Source of the DNA: Eledone cirrhosa
Lineage: Eukaryota
Assembly (NCBI GenBank): GCA_964016885.1
Contig: OZ024745.1
Span: 9,734,001 to 9,798,000, forward strand
DNA: 64,000 bases
Direction of reading: 5' to 3'
Shown here: in pieces, positions 53,101 through 64,000 of the stretch
Layout of the letters: each line of letters starts with the position of its first letter
How positions within the stretch are numbered: position 1 is the stretch's first letter
Notes under the pieces: model-generated
What the model was told of the DNA's origin: nothing
Databases searched by the model: none
What the model saw: only the letters and a program-made list of their open reading frames with translations
Position numbers and translations under genes: made by a program

Positions 53101-56100
53101 CTGTCTGTCTACACTACCACTGGGTGGGAGCAGCACCACCACCACCACTGTCTGTCTACACTACCACTGGCTGGGAGCACCACCACCACCACCACTGTCT
53201 GTCTACACTACCACTGGGTGGGAGCACCACCACCACCACCACTGTCTGTCTACACTACCACTGGGTGGGAGCACCACCACCACCACCACTGTCTGTCTAC
53301 ACTACCACTGGGTGGGAGCACAACCACCACTGTCTGTCTACACTACCACTGGCTGGGAGCACCACCACCACCACTGTCTGTCTACACTACCACTGGCTGG
53401 GAGCACCACCACCACCACCACTGTCTGTCTACACTACCACTGGGTGGGAGCACCACCACCACCACCACTGTCTGTCTACACTACCACTGGGTGGGAGCAC
53501 CACCACCACCACCACTGTCTGTCTACACTACCACTGGGTGGGAGCACAACCACCACTGTCTGTCTACACTACCACTGGGTGGGAGCAGCACCACCACCAC
53601 TGTCTGTCTACACTACCACTGGGTGGGAGCAGCACCACCACCACCACTGTCTGTCTACACTACCACTGGGTGGGAGCAGCACCACCACCACTGTCTGTCT
53701 ACACTACCACTGGGTGGGAGCACCACCACCACCACCACTGTCTGTCTACACTACCACTGGGTGGGAGCACAACCACCACTGTCTGTCTACACTACCACTG
53801 GGTGGGAGCAGCACCACCACCACCACTGTCTGTCTACACTACCACTGGGTGGGAGCAGCACCACCACCACTGTCTGTCTACACTACCACTGGGTGGGAGC
53901 ACCACCACCACCACCACTGTCTGTCTACACTACCACTGGGTGGGAGCACAACCACCACTGTCTGTCTACACTACCACTGGCTGGGAGCACCACCACCACC
54001 ACCACTGTCTGTCTACACTACCACTGGGTGGGAGCACCACCACCACCACCACTGTCTGTCTACACTACCACTGGGTGGGAGCACCACCACCACCACCACT
54101 GTCTGTCTACACTACCACTGGGTGGGAGCACAACCACCACTGTCTGTCTACACTACCACTGGCTGGGAGCACCACCACCACCACCACTGTCTGTCTACAC
54201 TACCACTGGGTGGGAGCAGCACCACCACCACCACTGTCTGTCTACACTACCACTGGGTGGGAGCAGCACCACCACCACTGTCTGTCTACACTACCACTGG
54301 GTGGGAGCACCACCACCACCACCACTGTCTGTCTACACTACCACTGGGTGGGAGCACAACCACCACTGTCTGTCTACACTACCACTGGGTGGGAGCAGCA
54401 CCACCACCACCACTGTCTGTCTACACTACCACTGGGTGGGAGCAGCACCACCACCACCACTGTCTGTCTACACTACCACTGGGTGGGAGCAGCACCACCA
54501 CCACTGTCTGTCTACACTACCACTGGCTGGGAGCACCACCACCACCACCACTGTCTGTCTACACTACCACTGGGTGGGAGCACCACCACCACCACCACTG
54601 TCTGTCTACACTACCACTGGGTGGGAGCACCACCACCACCACCACTGTCTGTCTACACTACCACTGGGTGGGAGCAGCACCACCACCACCACTGTCTGTC
54701 TACACTACCACTGGGTGGGAGCAGCACCACCACCACTGTCTGTCTACACTACCACTGGGTGGGAGCACCACCACCACCACCACTGTCTGTCTACACTACC
54801 ACTGGCTGGGAGCACCACCACCACCACCACTGTCTGTCTACACTACCACTGGGTGGGAGCAGCACCACCACCACTGTCTGTCTACACTACCACTGGCTGG
54901 GAGCACCACCACCACCACCACTGTCTGTCTACACTACCACTGGGTGGGAGCAGCACCACCACCACCACTGTCTGTCTACACTACCACTGGGTGGGAGCAG
55001 CACCACCACCACTGTCTGTCTACACTACCACTGGCTGGGAGCACCACCACCACCACCACTGTCTGTCTACACTACCACTGGATGGGAGCACCACCACCAC
55101 CACCACTGTCTGTCTACACTACCACTGGATGGGAGCACCACCACCACCACCACTGTCTGTCTACACTACCACTGGGTGGGAGCACCACCACCACCACCAC
55201 TGTCTGTCTACACTACCACTGGCTGGGAGCACCACCACCACCACCACTGTCTGTCTACACTACCACTGGATGGGAGCACCACCACCACCACCACTGTCTG
55301 TCTACACTACCACTGGATGGGAGCACCACCACCACCACCACTGTATGTCTACACTACCACTGGGTGGGAGCACCACCACCACCACCACTGTCTGTCTACA
55401 CTACCACTGGATGGGAGCACCACCACCACCACCACTGTCTGTCTACACTACCACTGGGTGGGAGCACCACCACCACCACCACTGTCTGTCTACACTACCA
55501 CTGGATGGGAGCACCACCACCACCACCACTGTCTGTCTACACTACCACTGGGTGGGAGCACCACCACCACCACCACTGTCTGTCTACACTACCACTGGAT
55601 GGGAGCACCACCACCACCACCACTGTCTGTCTACACTACCACTGGATGGGAGCACCACCACCACCACCACTGTCTGTCTACACTACCACTGGATGGGAGC
55701 ACCACCACCACCACCACTGTCTGTCTACACTACCACTGGGTGGGAGCACCACCACCACCACCACTGTCTGTCTACACTACCACTGGATGGGAGCACCACC
55801 ACCACCACCACTGTCTGTCTACACTACCACTGGATGGGAGCACCACCACCACCACCACTGTCTGTCTACACTACCACTGGATGGGAGCACCACCACCACC
55901 ACCACTGTCTGTCTACACTACCACTGGGTGGGAGCACCACCACCACCACCACTGTCTGTCTACACTACCACTGGATGGGAGCACCACCACCACCACCACT
56001 GTCTGTCTACACTACCACTGGATGGGAGCACCACCACCACCACCACTGTCTGTCTACACTACCACTGGATGGGAGCACCACCACCACCACCACTGTCTGT

Positions 56101-59100
56101 CTACACTACCACTGGGTGGGAGCACCACCACCACCACCACTGTCTGTCTACACTACCACTGGATGGGAGCACCACCACCACCACCACTGTCTGTCTACAC
56201 TACCACTGGGTGGGAGCACCACCACCACCACCACTGTCTGTCTACACTACCACTGGATGGGAGCACCACCACCACCACCACTGTCTGTCTACACTACCAC
56301 TGGGTGGGAGCACCACCACCACCACCACTGTCTGTCTACACTACCACTGGCTGGGAGCACCACCACCACCACCACTGTCTGTCTACACTACCACTGGATG
56401 GGAGCACCACCACCACCACCACTGTCTGTCTACACTACCACTGGGTGGGAGCAGCACCACCACCACCACTGTCTGTCTACACTACCACTGGGTGGGAGCA
56501 GCACCACCACCACTGTCTGTCTACACTACCACTGGCTGGGAGCACCACCACCACCACCACTGTCTGTCTACACTACCACTGGGTGGGAGCACCACCACCA
56601 CCACCACTGTCTGTCTACACTACCACTGGGTGGGAGCAGCACCACCACCACCACTGTCTGTCTACACTACCACTGGCTGGGAGCACCACCACCACCACCA
56701 CCGTCTGTCTACACTACCACTGGGTGGGAGCAGCACCACCACCACTGTCTGTCTACACTACCACTGGCTGGGAGCACCACCACCACCACCACCGTCTGTC
56801 TACACTACCACTGGGTGGGAGCACCACCACCACTGTCTGTCTACACTACCACTGGGTGGGAGCACCACCACCACTGTCTGTCTACACTACCACTGGGTGG
56901 GAGCACCACCACCACCGTCTGTCTACACTACCACTGGGTGGGAGCACCACCACCACTGTCTGTCTACACTACCACTGGGTGGGAGCAGCACCACCACCAC
57001 TGTCTGTCTACACTACCACTGGGTGGGAGCACCACCACCACCGTCTGTCTACACTACCACTGGGTGGGAGCACCACCACCACCACCACCGTCTGTCTACA
57101 CTACCACTGGGTGGGAGCAGCACCACCACCACCACTGTCTGTCTACACTACCACTGGGTGGGAGCACCACCACCACTGTCTGTCTACACTACCACTGGGT
57201 GGGAGCAGCACCACCACCACTGTCTGTCTACACTACCACTGGGTGGGAGCACCACCACCACCACCACTGTCTGTCTACACTACCACTGGGTGGGAGCAGC
57301 ACCACCACCACCACTGTCTGTCTACACTACCACTGGGTGGGAGCACCACCACCACCGTCTGTCTACACTACCACTGGGTGGGAGCACCACCACCACCGTC
57401 TGTCTACACTACCACTGGCTGGGAGCACCACCACCACCACCACTGTCTGTCTACACTACCACTGGGTGGGAGCAGCACCACCACCACTGTCTGTCTACAC
57501 TACCACTGGCTGGGAGCACCACCACCACCACCACTGTCTGTCTACACTACCACTGGGTGGGAGCAGCACCACCACTGTCTGTCTACACTACCACTGGGTG
57601 GGAGCAGCACCACCACCACCACTGTCTGTCTACACTACCACTGGGTGGGAGCACCACCACCACCACCACTGTCTGTCTACACTACCACTGGGTGGGAGCA
57701 CCACCACCACCACCACTGTCTGTCTACACTACCACTGGGTGGGAGCACAACCACCACTGTCTGTCTACACTACCACTGGGTGGGAGCAGCACCACCACCA
57801 CCACTGTCTGTCTACACTACCACTGGGTGGGAGCAGCACCACCACCACCACTGTCTGTCTACACTACCACTGGCTGGGAGCACCACCACCACCACCACTG
57901 TCTGTCTACACTACCACTGGGTGGGAGCAGCACCACCACCACTGTCTGTCTACACTACCATGGGTGGGGGCAGCACCACCACCACCACTGTCTGTCTACA
58001 CTACCACTGGGTGGGAGCAGCACCACCACCACCACTGTCTGTCTACACTACCACTGGCTGGGAGCACCACCACCACCACCACTGTCTGTCTACACTACCA
58101 CTGGGTGGGAGCAGCACCACCACCACCACTGTCTGTCTACACTACCACTGGCTGGGAGCACCACCACCACCACCACTGTCTGTCTACACTACCACTGGGT
58201 GGGAGCAGCACCACCACCACCACTGTCTGTCTACACTACCACTGGGTGGGAGCAGCACCACCACCACTGTCTGTCTACACTACCATGGGTGGGGGCAGCA
58301 CCACCACCACCACTGTCTGTCTACACTACCACTGGGTGGGAGCACCACCACCACCACCACTGTCTGTCTACACTACCACTGGGTGGGAGCACCACCACCA
58401 CCACCACTGTCTGTCTACACTACCACTGGGTGGGAGCACAACCACCACTGTCTGTCTACACTACCACTGGCTGGGAGCACCACCACCACCACCACTGTCT
58501 GTCTACACTACCACTGGGTGGGAGCAGCACCACCACCACTGTCTGTCTACACTACCACTGGGTGGGAGCAGCACCACCACCACTGTCTGTCTACACTACC
58601 ACTGGCTGGGAGCACCACCACCACCACTGTCTGTCTACACTACCACTGGGTGGGAGCAGCACCACCACCACTGTCTGTCTACACTACCACTGGGTGGGAG
58701 CACAACCACCACTGTCTGTCTACACTACCACTGGATGGGAGCAGCACCAACACCACTGTCTGTCTACACTACCACTGGGTGGGAGCAGCACCAACACCAC
58801 TGTCTGTCTACACTACCACTGGGTGGGAGCAGCACCACCACCACTGTCTGTCTACACTACCACTGGGTGGGAGCAGCACCACCACCACTGTCTATCTACA
58901 CTACCACTGGGTGGGAGCAGCACCACCACCACTGTCTGTCTACACTACCACTGGGTGGGAGCACCACCACCACCACTGTCTGTCTACACTACCACTGGGT
59001 GGGAGCAGCACCACCACCACTGTCTGTCTACACTACCATGGGTGGGGGCAGCACCACCACCACCACTGTCTGTCTACACTACCACTGGCTGGGAGCACCA

Positions 59101-62100
59101 CCACCACCACTGTCTGTCTACACTACCACTGGGTGGGAGCAGCACCACCACCACTGTCTGTCTACACTACCATGGGTGGGGGCAGCACCACCACCACCAC
59201 TGTCTGTCTACACTACCACTGGGTGGGAGCACCACCACCACCACCACTGTCTGTCTACACTACCACTGGCTGGGAGCACCACCACCACCACCACTGTCTG
59301 TCTACACTACCACTGGGTGGGAGCAGCACCACCACCACTGTCTGTCTACACTACCACTGGCTGGGAGCACCACCACCACCACCACTGTCTGTCTACACTA
59401 CCACTGGGTGGGAGCAGCACCACCACCACTGTCTGTCTACACTACCACTGGCTGGGAGCACCACCACCACCACCACTGTCTGTCTACACTACCACTGGGT
59501 GGGAGCAGCACCACCACCACTGTCTGTCTACACTACCACTGGCTGGGAGCACCACCACCACCACCACTGTCTGTCTACACTACCACTGGGTGGGAGCAGC
59601 ACCACCACCACTGTCTGTCTACACTACCACTGGCTGGGAGCACCACCACCACCACCACTGTCTGTCTACACTACCACTGGCTGGGAGCACCACCACCACC
59701 ACCACTGTCTGTCTACACTACCACTGGGTGGGAGCAGCACCACCACCACTGTCTGTCTACACTACCACTGGCTGGGAGCACCACCACCACCACCACTGTC
59801 TGTCTACACTACCACTGGCTGGGAGCACCACCACCACCACCACTGTCTATCTACACTACCACTGGGTGGGAGCAGCACCACCACCACTGTCTGTCTACAC
59901 TACCATGGGTGGGGGCAGCACCACCACCACCACTGTCTATCTACACTACCACTGGGTGGGAGCAGCACCACCACCACCACTGTCTGTCTACACTACCACT
60001 GGGTGGGAGCAGCACCACCACCACTGTCTGTCTACACTACCACTGGGTGGGAGCAGCACCACCACCACTGTCTGTCTACACTACCACTGGGTGGGAGCAC
60101 CACCACCACCACCACTGTCTGTCTACACTACCACTGGCTGGGAGCACCACCACCACCACCACTGTCTATCTACACTACCACTGGGTGGGAGCAGCACCAC
60201 CACCACTGTCTGTCTACACTACCATGGGTGGGGGCAGCACCACCACCACCACTGTCTATCTACACTACCACTGGGTGGGAGCAGCACCACCACCACCACT
60301 GTCTGTCTACACTACCACTGGGTGGGAGCAGCACCACCACCACTGTCTGTCTACACTACCACTGGGTGGGAGCAGCACCACCACCACTGTCTGTCTACAC
60401 TACCACTGGCTGGGAGCACCACCACCACCACCACTGTCTGTCTACACTACCACTGGGTGGGAGCAGCACCACCACCACTGTCTGTCTACACTACCACTGG
60501 CTGGGAGCACCACCACCACCACCACTGTCTGTCTACACTACCACTGGCTGGGAGCACCACCACCACCACCACTGTCTGTCTACACTACCACTGGGTGGGA
60601 GCAGCACCACCACCACTGTCTGTCTACACTACCACTGGCTGGGAGCACCACCACCACCACTGTCTGTCTACACTACCACTGGGTGGGAGCAGCACCACCA
60701 CCACTGTCTGTCTACACTACCATGGGTGGGGGCAGCACCACCACCACCACTGTCTGTCTACACTACCACTGGCTGGGAGCACCACCACCACCACCACTGT
60801 CTGTCTACACTACCACTGGGTGGGAGCACCACCACCACCACCACTGTCTGTCTACACTACCACTGGGTGGGAGCACCACCACCACCACTGTCTGTCTACA
60901 CTACCACTGGGTGGGAGCAGCACCACCACCACTGTCTGTCTACACTACCACTGGGTGGGAGCAGCACCACCACCACTGTCTGTCTACACTACCACTGGGT
61001 GGCAGCAGCACCACCACCACTGTCTGTCTACACTACCATGGGTGGGGGCAGCACCACCACCACCACTGTCTGTCTACACTACCATGGGTGGGGGCAGCAC
61101 CACCACCACTGTCTGTCAACACTACCACTGGGTGGCAGCAGCACCACCACCACTGTCTGTCTACACTACCATGGGTGGCGGCAGCACCACCACCACTGTC
61201 TGTCTACACTACCATGGGTGGCGGCAGCACCACCACCACTGTCTGTCTACACTACCACTGGGTGGGAGCAGCACCACCACCACTGTCTGTCTACACTACC
61301 ACTGGGTGGCAGCAGCACCACCACCACCACTGTCTGTCTACACTACCACTGGGTGGCAGCAGCACCACCACCACTGTCTGTCTACACTACCATGGGTGGG
61401 GGCAGCACCACCACCACTGTCTGTCTACACTACCACTGGGTGGCAGCAACACCACCACCACTGTCTGTCTACACTACCATGGGTGGGAGCACCACCACCA
61501 CCACTGTCTGTCTACACTACCACTGGGTGGGAGCAGCACCACCACCACTGTCTGTCTACACTACCACTGGGTGGGAGCAGCACCACCACCAACACAGTCT
61601 GTCTACACTACCACTGGGTGGGAGCACCACCACCACCACCACTGTCTGTCTACACTACCACTGGGTGGGAGCAGCACCACCACCACTGTCTGTCTACACT
61701 ACCACTGGATGGGAGCAGCACCACCACCACCACTGTCTGTCTACACTACCACTGGGTGGGAGCAGCACCACCACCACTGTCTGTCTACACTACCACTGGG
61801 TGGGAGCAGCACCACCACCACCACTGTCTGTCTACACTACCACTGGATGGGAGCAGCACCACCACCACCACTGTCTGTCTACACTACCACTGGGTGGGAG
61901 CAGCACCACCACCACTGTCTGTCTACACTACCACTGGGTGGGAGCAGCACCACCACCACCACTGTCTGTCTACACTACCACTGGATGGGAGCACCACCAC
62001 CACCACTGTCTGTCTACACTACCACTGGGTGGGAGCACCACCACCACCACTGTCTGTCTACACTACCACTGGGTGGGAGCAGCACCACCACCACTGTCTG

Positions 62101-63531
62101 TCTACACTACCACTGGGTGGGAGCAGCACCACCACCACTGTCTGTCTACACTACCACTGGGTGGGAGCAGCACCACCACCACTGTCTGTCTACACTACCA
62201 CTGGGTGGGAGCAGCACCACCACCACTGTCTGTCTACACTACCACTGGGTGGGAGCAGCACCACCACCACCACTGTCTGTCTACACTACCACTGGGTGGG
62301 AGCAGCACCACCACCACTGTCTGTCTACACTACCACTGGGTGGGAGCAGCACCACCACCACTGTCTGTCTACACTACCACTGGGTGGGAGCAGCACCACC
62401 ACCACTGTCTGTCTACACTACCACTGGGTGGGAGCAGCACCACCACCACTGTCTGTCTACACTACCACTGGGTGGGAGCAGCACCACCACCACCACTGTC
62501 TGTCTACACTACCACTGGGTGGGAGCAGCACCACCACCAACACAGTCTGTCTACACTACCACTGGGTGGGAGCACCACCACCACCACCACTGTCTGTCTA
62601 CACTACCACTGGGTGGGAGCAGCACCACCACCACCACTGTCTGTCTACACTACCACTGGGTGGGAGCAGCACCACCACCACTGTCTGTCTACACTACCAC
62701 TGGGTGGGAGCAGCACCACCACCACTGTCTGTCTACACTACCACTGGGTGGGAGCAGCACCACCACCACTGTCTGTCTACACTACCACTGGGTGGCAGCA
62801 GCACCACCACCACCACTGTCTGTCTACACTACCACTGGGTGGCAGCAGCACCACCACCACTGTCTGTCTACACTACCATGGGTGGGGGCAGCACCACCAC
62901 CACTGTCTGTCTACACTACCACTGGGTGGCAGCAACACCACCACCACTGTCTGTCTACACTACCACTGGGTGGGAGCAGCACCACCACCACTGTCTGTCT
63001 ACACTACCACTGGGTGGGAGCACCACCACCACCACTGTCTGTCTACACTACCACTGGGTGGGAGCAGCACCACCACCACTGTCTGTCTACACTACCACTG
63101 GGTGGGAGCAGCACCACCACCAACACAGTCTGTCTACACTACCACTGGGTGGGAGCACCACCACCACCACCACTGTCTGTCTACACTACCACTGGGTGGG
63201 AGCAGCACCACCACCACCACTGTCTGTCTACACTACCACTGGGTGGGAGCAGCACCAACACCACTGTCTGTCTACACTACCACTGGGTGGGAGCAGCACC
63301 ACCACTGTCTGTCTACACTACCACTGGGTGGGAGCAGCACCACCACCACTGTCTGTCTACACTACCACTGGGTGGGAGCAGCACCACCACCACCACCACT
63401 GTCTGTCTACACTACCACTGGGTGGCAGCAGCACCACCACCACTGTCTGTCTACACTACCACTGGGTGGGAGCAGCACCACCACCACCACCACTGTCTGT
63501 CTACACTACCACTGGGTGGGGGCAGCACCAA

Positions 63532-63536
<5 letters not shown>
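35193..63536. repeat. 41-50-bp (commonly 44/47) satellite array, ~28.3 kb, roughly 630 units
   Basis: Unit TGTCTGTCTACACTACCACTGGGTGGGA(GCA)1-2(CCA)n-C; length varies mostly in 3-bp steps through the internal (CCA)n and (GCA)n microsatellites. Confidence 0.99.

Positions 63537-63594
<58 letters not shown>
63536..63594. repeat. (CTA)n microsatellite, ~19 units
   Basis: Pure ACT run directly closing the large array. Confidence 0.97.
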
Positions 63595-63814
63595 AATAAT
63601 GAGTCAGTGAGTGTATAACAGAGAGAGAGAGAAGTGGGAAAGAGATGAGAGAGAGAGGGGTGACATGGGGTGAGAGGGAAGGGAGAGGGTAGAGTGTGTT
63701 TAATTATCTATTTATCATATTTATTAAAAAGAAGGAGGAGCAACTGTTCAGGAAATAGAACAGTTTAGAAAGTTAATTGGAGGGGAATGACAAATGGTAA
63801 GGTACCGTTAGGAA

Positions 63815-64000
63815 TGGTAGTGCTGGTAGTGTTGGTGGTAGTGTTGGTGGTAGTGCTGGTAGTGTTGGTGGTGGTGGTAGTGTTGGTGGTGGTGGTGGTA
63901 GTGTTGGTGGTGGTGCTGGTAGTGTTGGTGGTGGTGGTAGTGTTGGTGGTGGTGGTGGTAGTGTTGGTGGTAGTGCTGGTAGTGTTGGTGGTGGTGGTAG
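63815..64000. repeat. G/T-rich compound repeat with a 60-bp period, running off the window end
   Basis: Blocks starting at 63841, 63901 and 63961 are near-identical GTGTTGGTGGT(A/G)GTGCTGGTAGTGTTGGTGGTGGTGGTAG... Confidence 0.9.

Noticed and set aside
2186-63536. CRISPR array interpretation of the regular repeats
   Set aside because: Units are head-to-tail with no unique spacers, there are no cas genes, and the context is a spliced eukaryotic gene.
35127-63618. Three ~9,400-aa ORFs as real giant proteins (mucin-like or His-rich)
   Set aside because: All three frames give the same cyclic peptides, starts are non-ATG, unit length is not a multiple of 3, and there is no unique domain or signal peptide. 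This is a satellite artefact.
63815-64000. Telomeric repeat
   Set aside because: No TTAGGG units; it is a GGT/AGT/TGT compound repeat with a 60-bp period.

Overview
Eukaryotic, AT-rich animal genomic DNA. The SINE/RTE repeat families resemble those of octopus/coleoid cephalopods, but the taxon is an inference. The only real gene is the 3' part of a G-protein beta-5 (GNB5-like) WD40 gene on the minus strand. It has seven coding exons with GT-AG boundaries and consistent phases (30486-30562, 27447-27573, 26126-26269, 25006-25146, 24332-24428, 23801-23967, and a 12-nt terminal exon VWA* at 1310-1321); the 5' exons were not found in the window. About 80% of the window is tandem repeat inside or upstream of its introns: a ~21.2-kb 61-bp satellite fills the last intron, a ~28.3-kb 41-50-bp satellite lies upstream, and there are 31-, 28-, 48- and 60-bp minisatellites. 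The three ~9,400-aa ORFs are artefacts of a stop-free repeat unit. Main observations: (1) at least two, probably three, arrays are amplified segments of one RTE-tailed dispersed element whose unamplified copy is in the window; (2) nearly every 61-bp monomer offers a cryptic 3' splice site that would swap the C-terminal VWA* for an in-frame STL*; (3) a Penelope-type minimal hammerhead ribozyme motif with a G8A change lies in a sense-strand intron; (4) a ~120-nt hairpin lies downstream of the stop codon.
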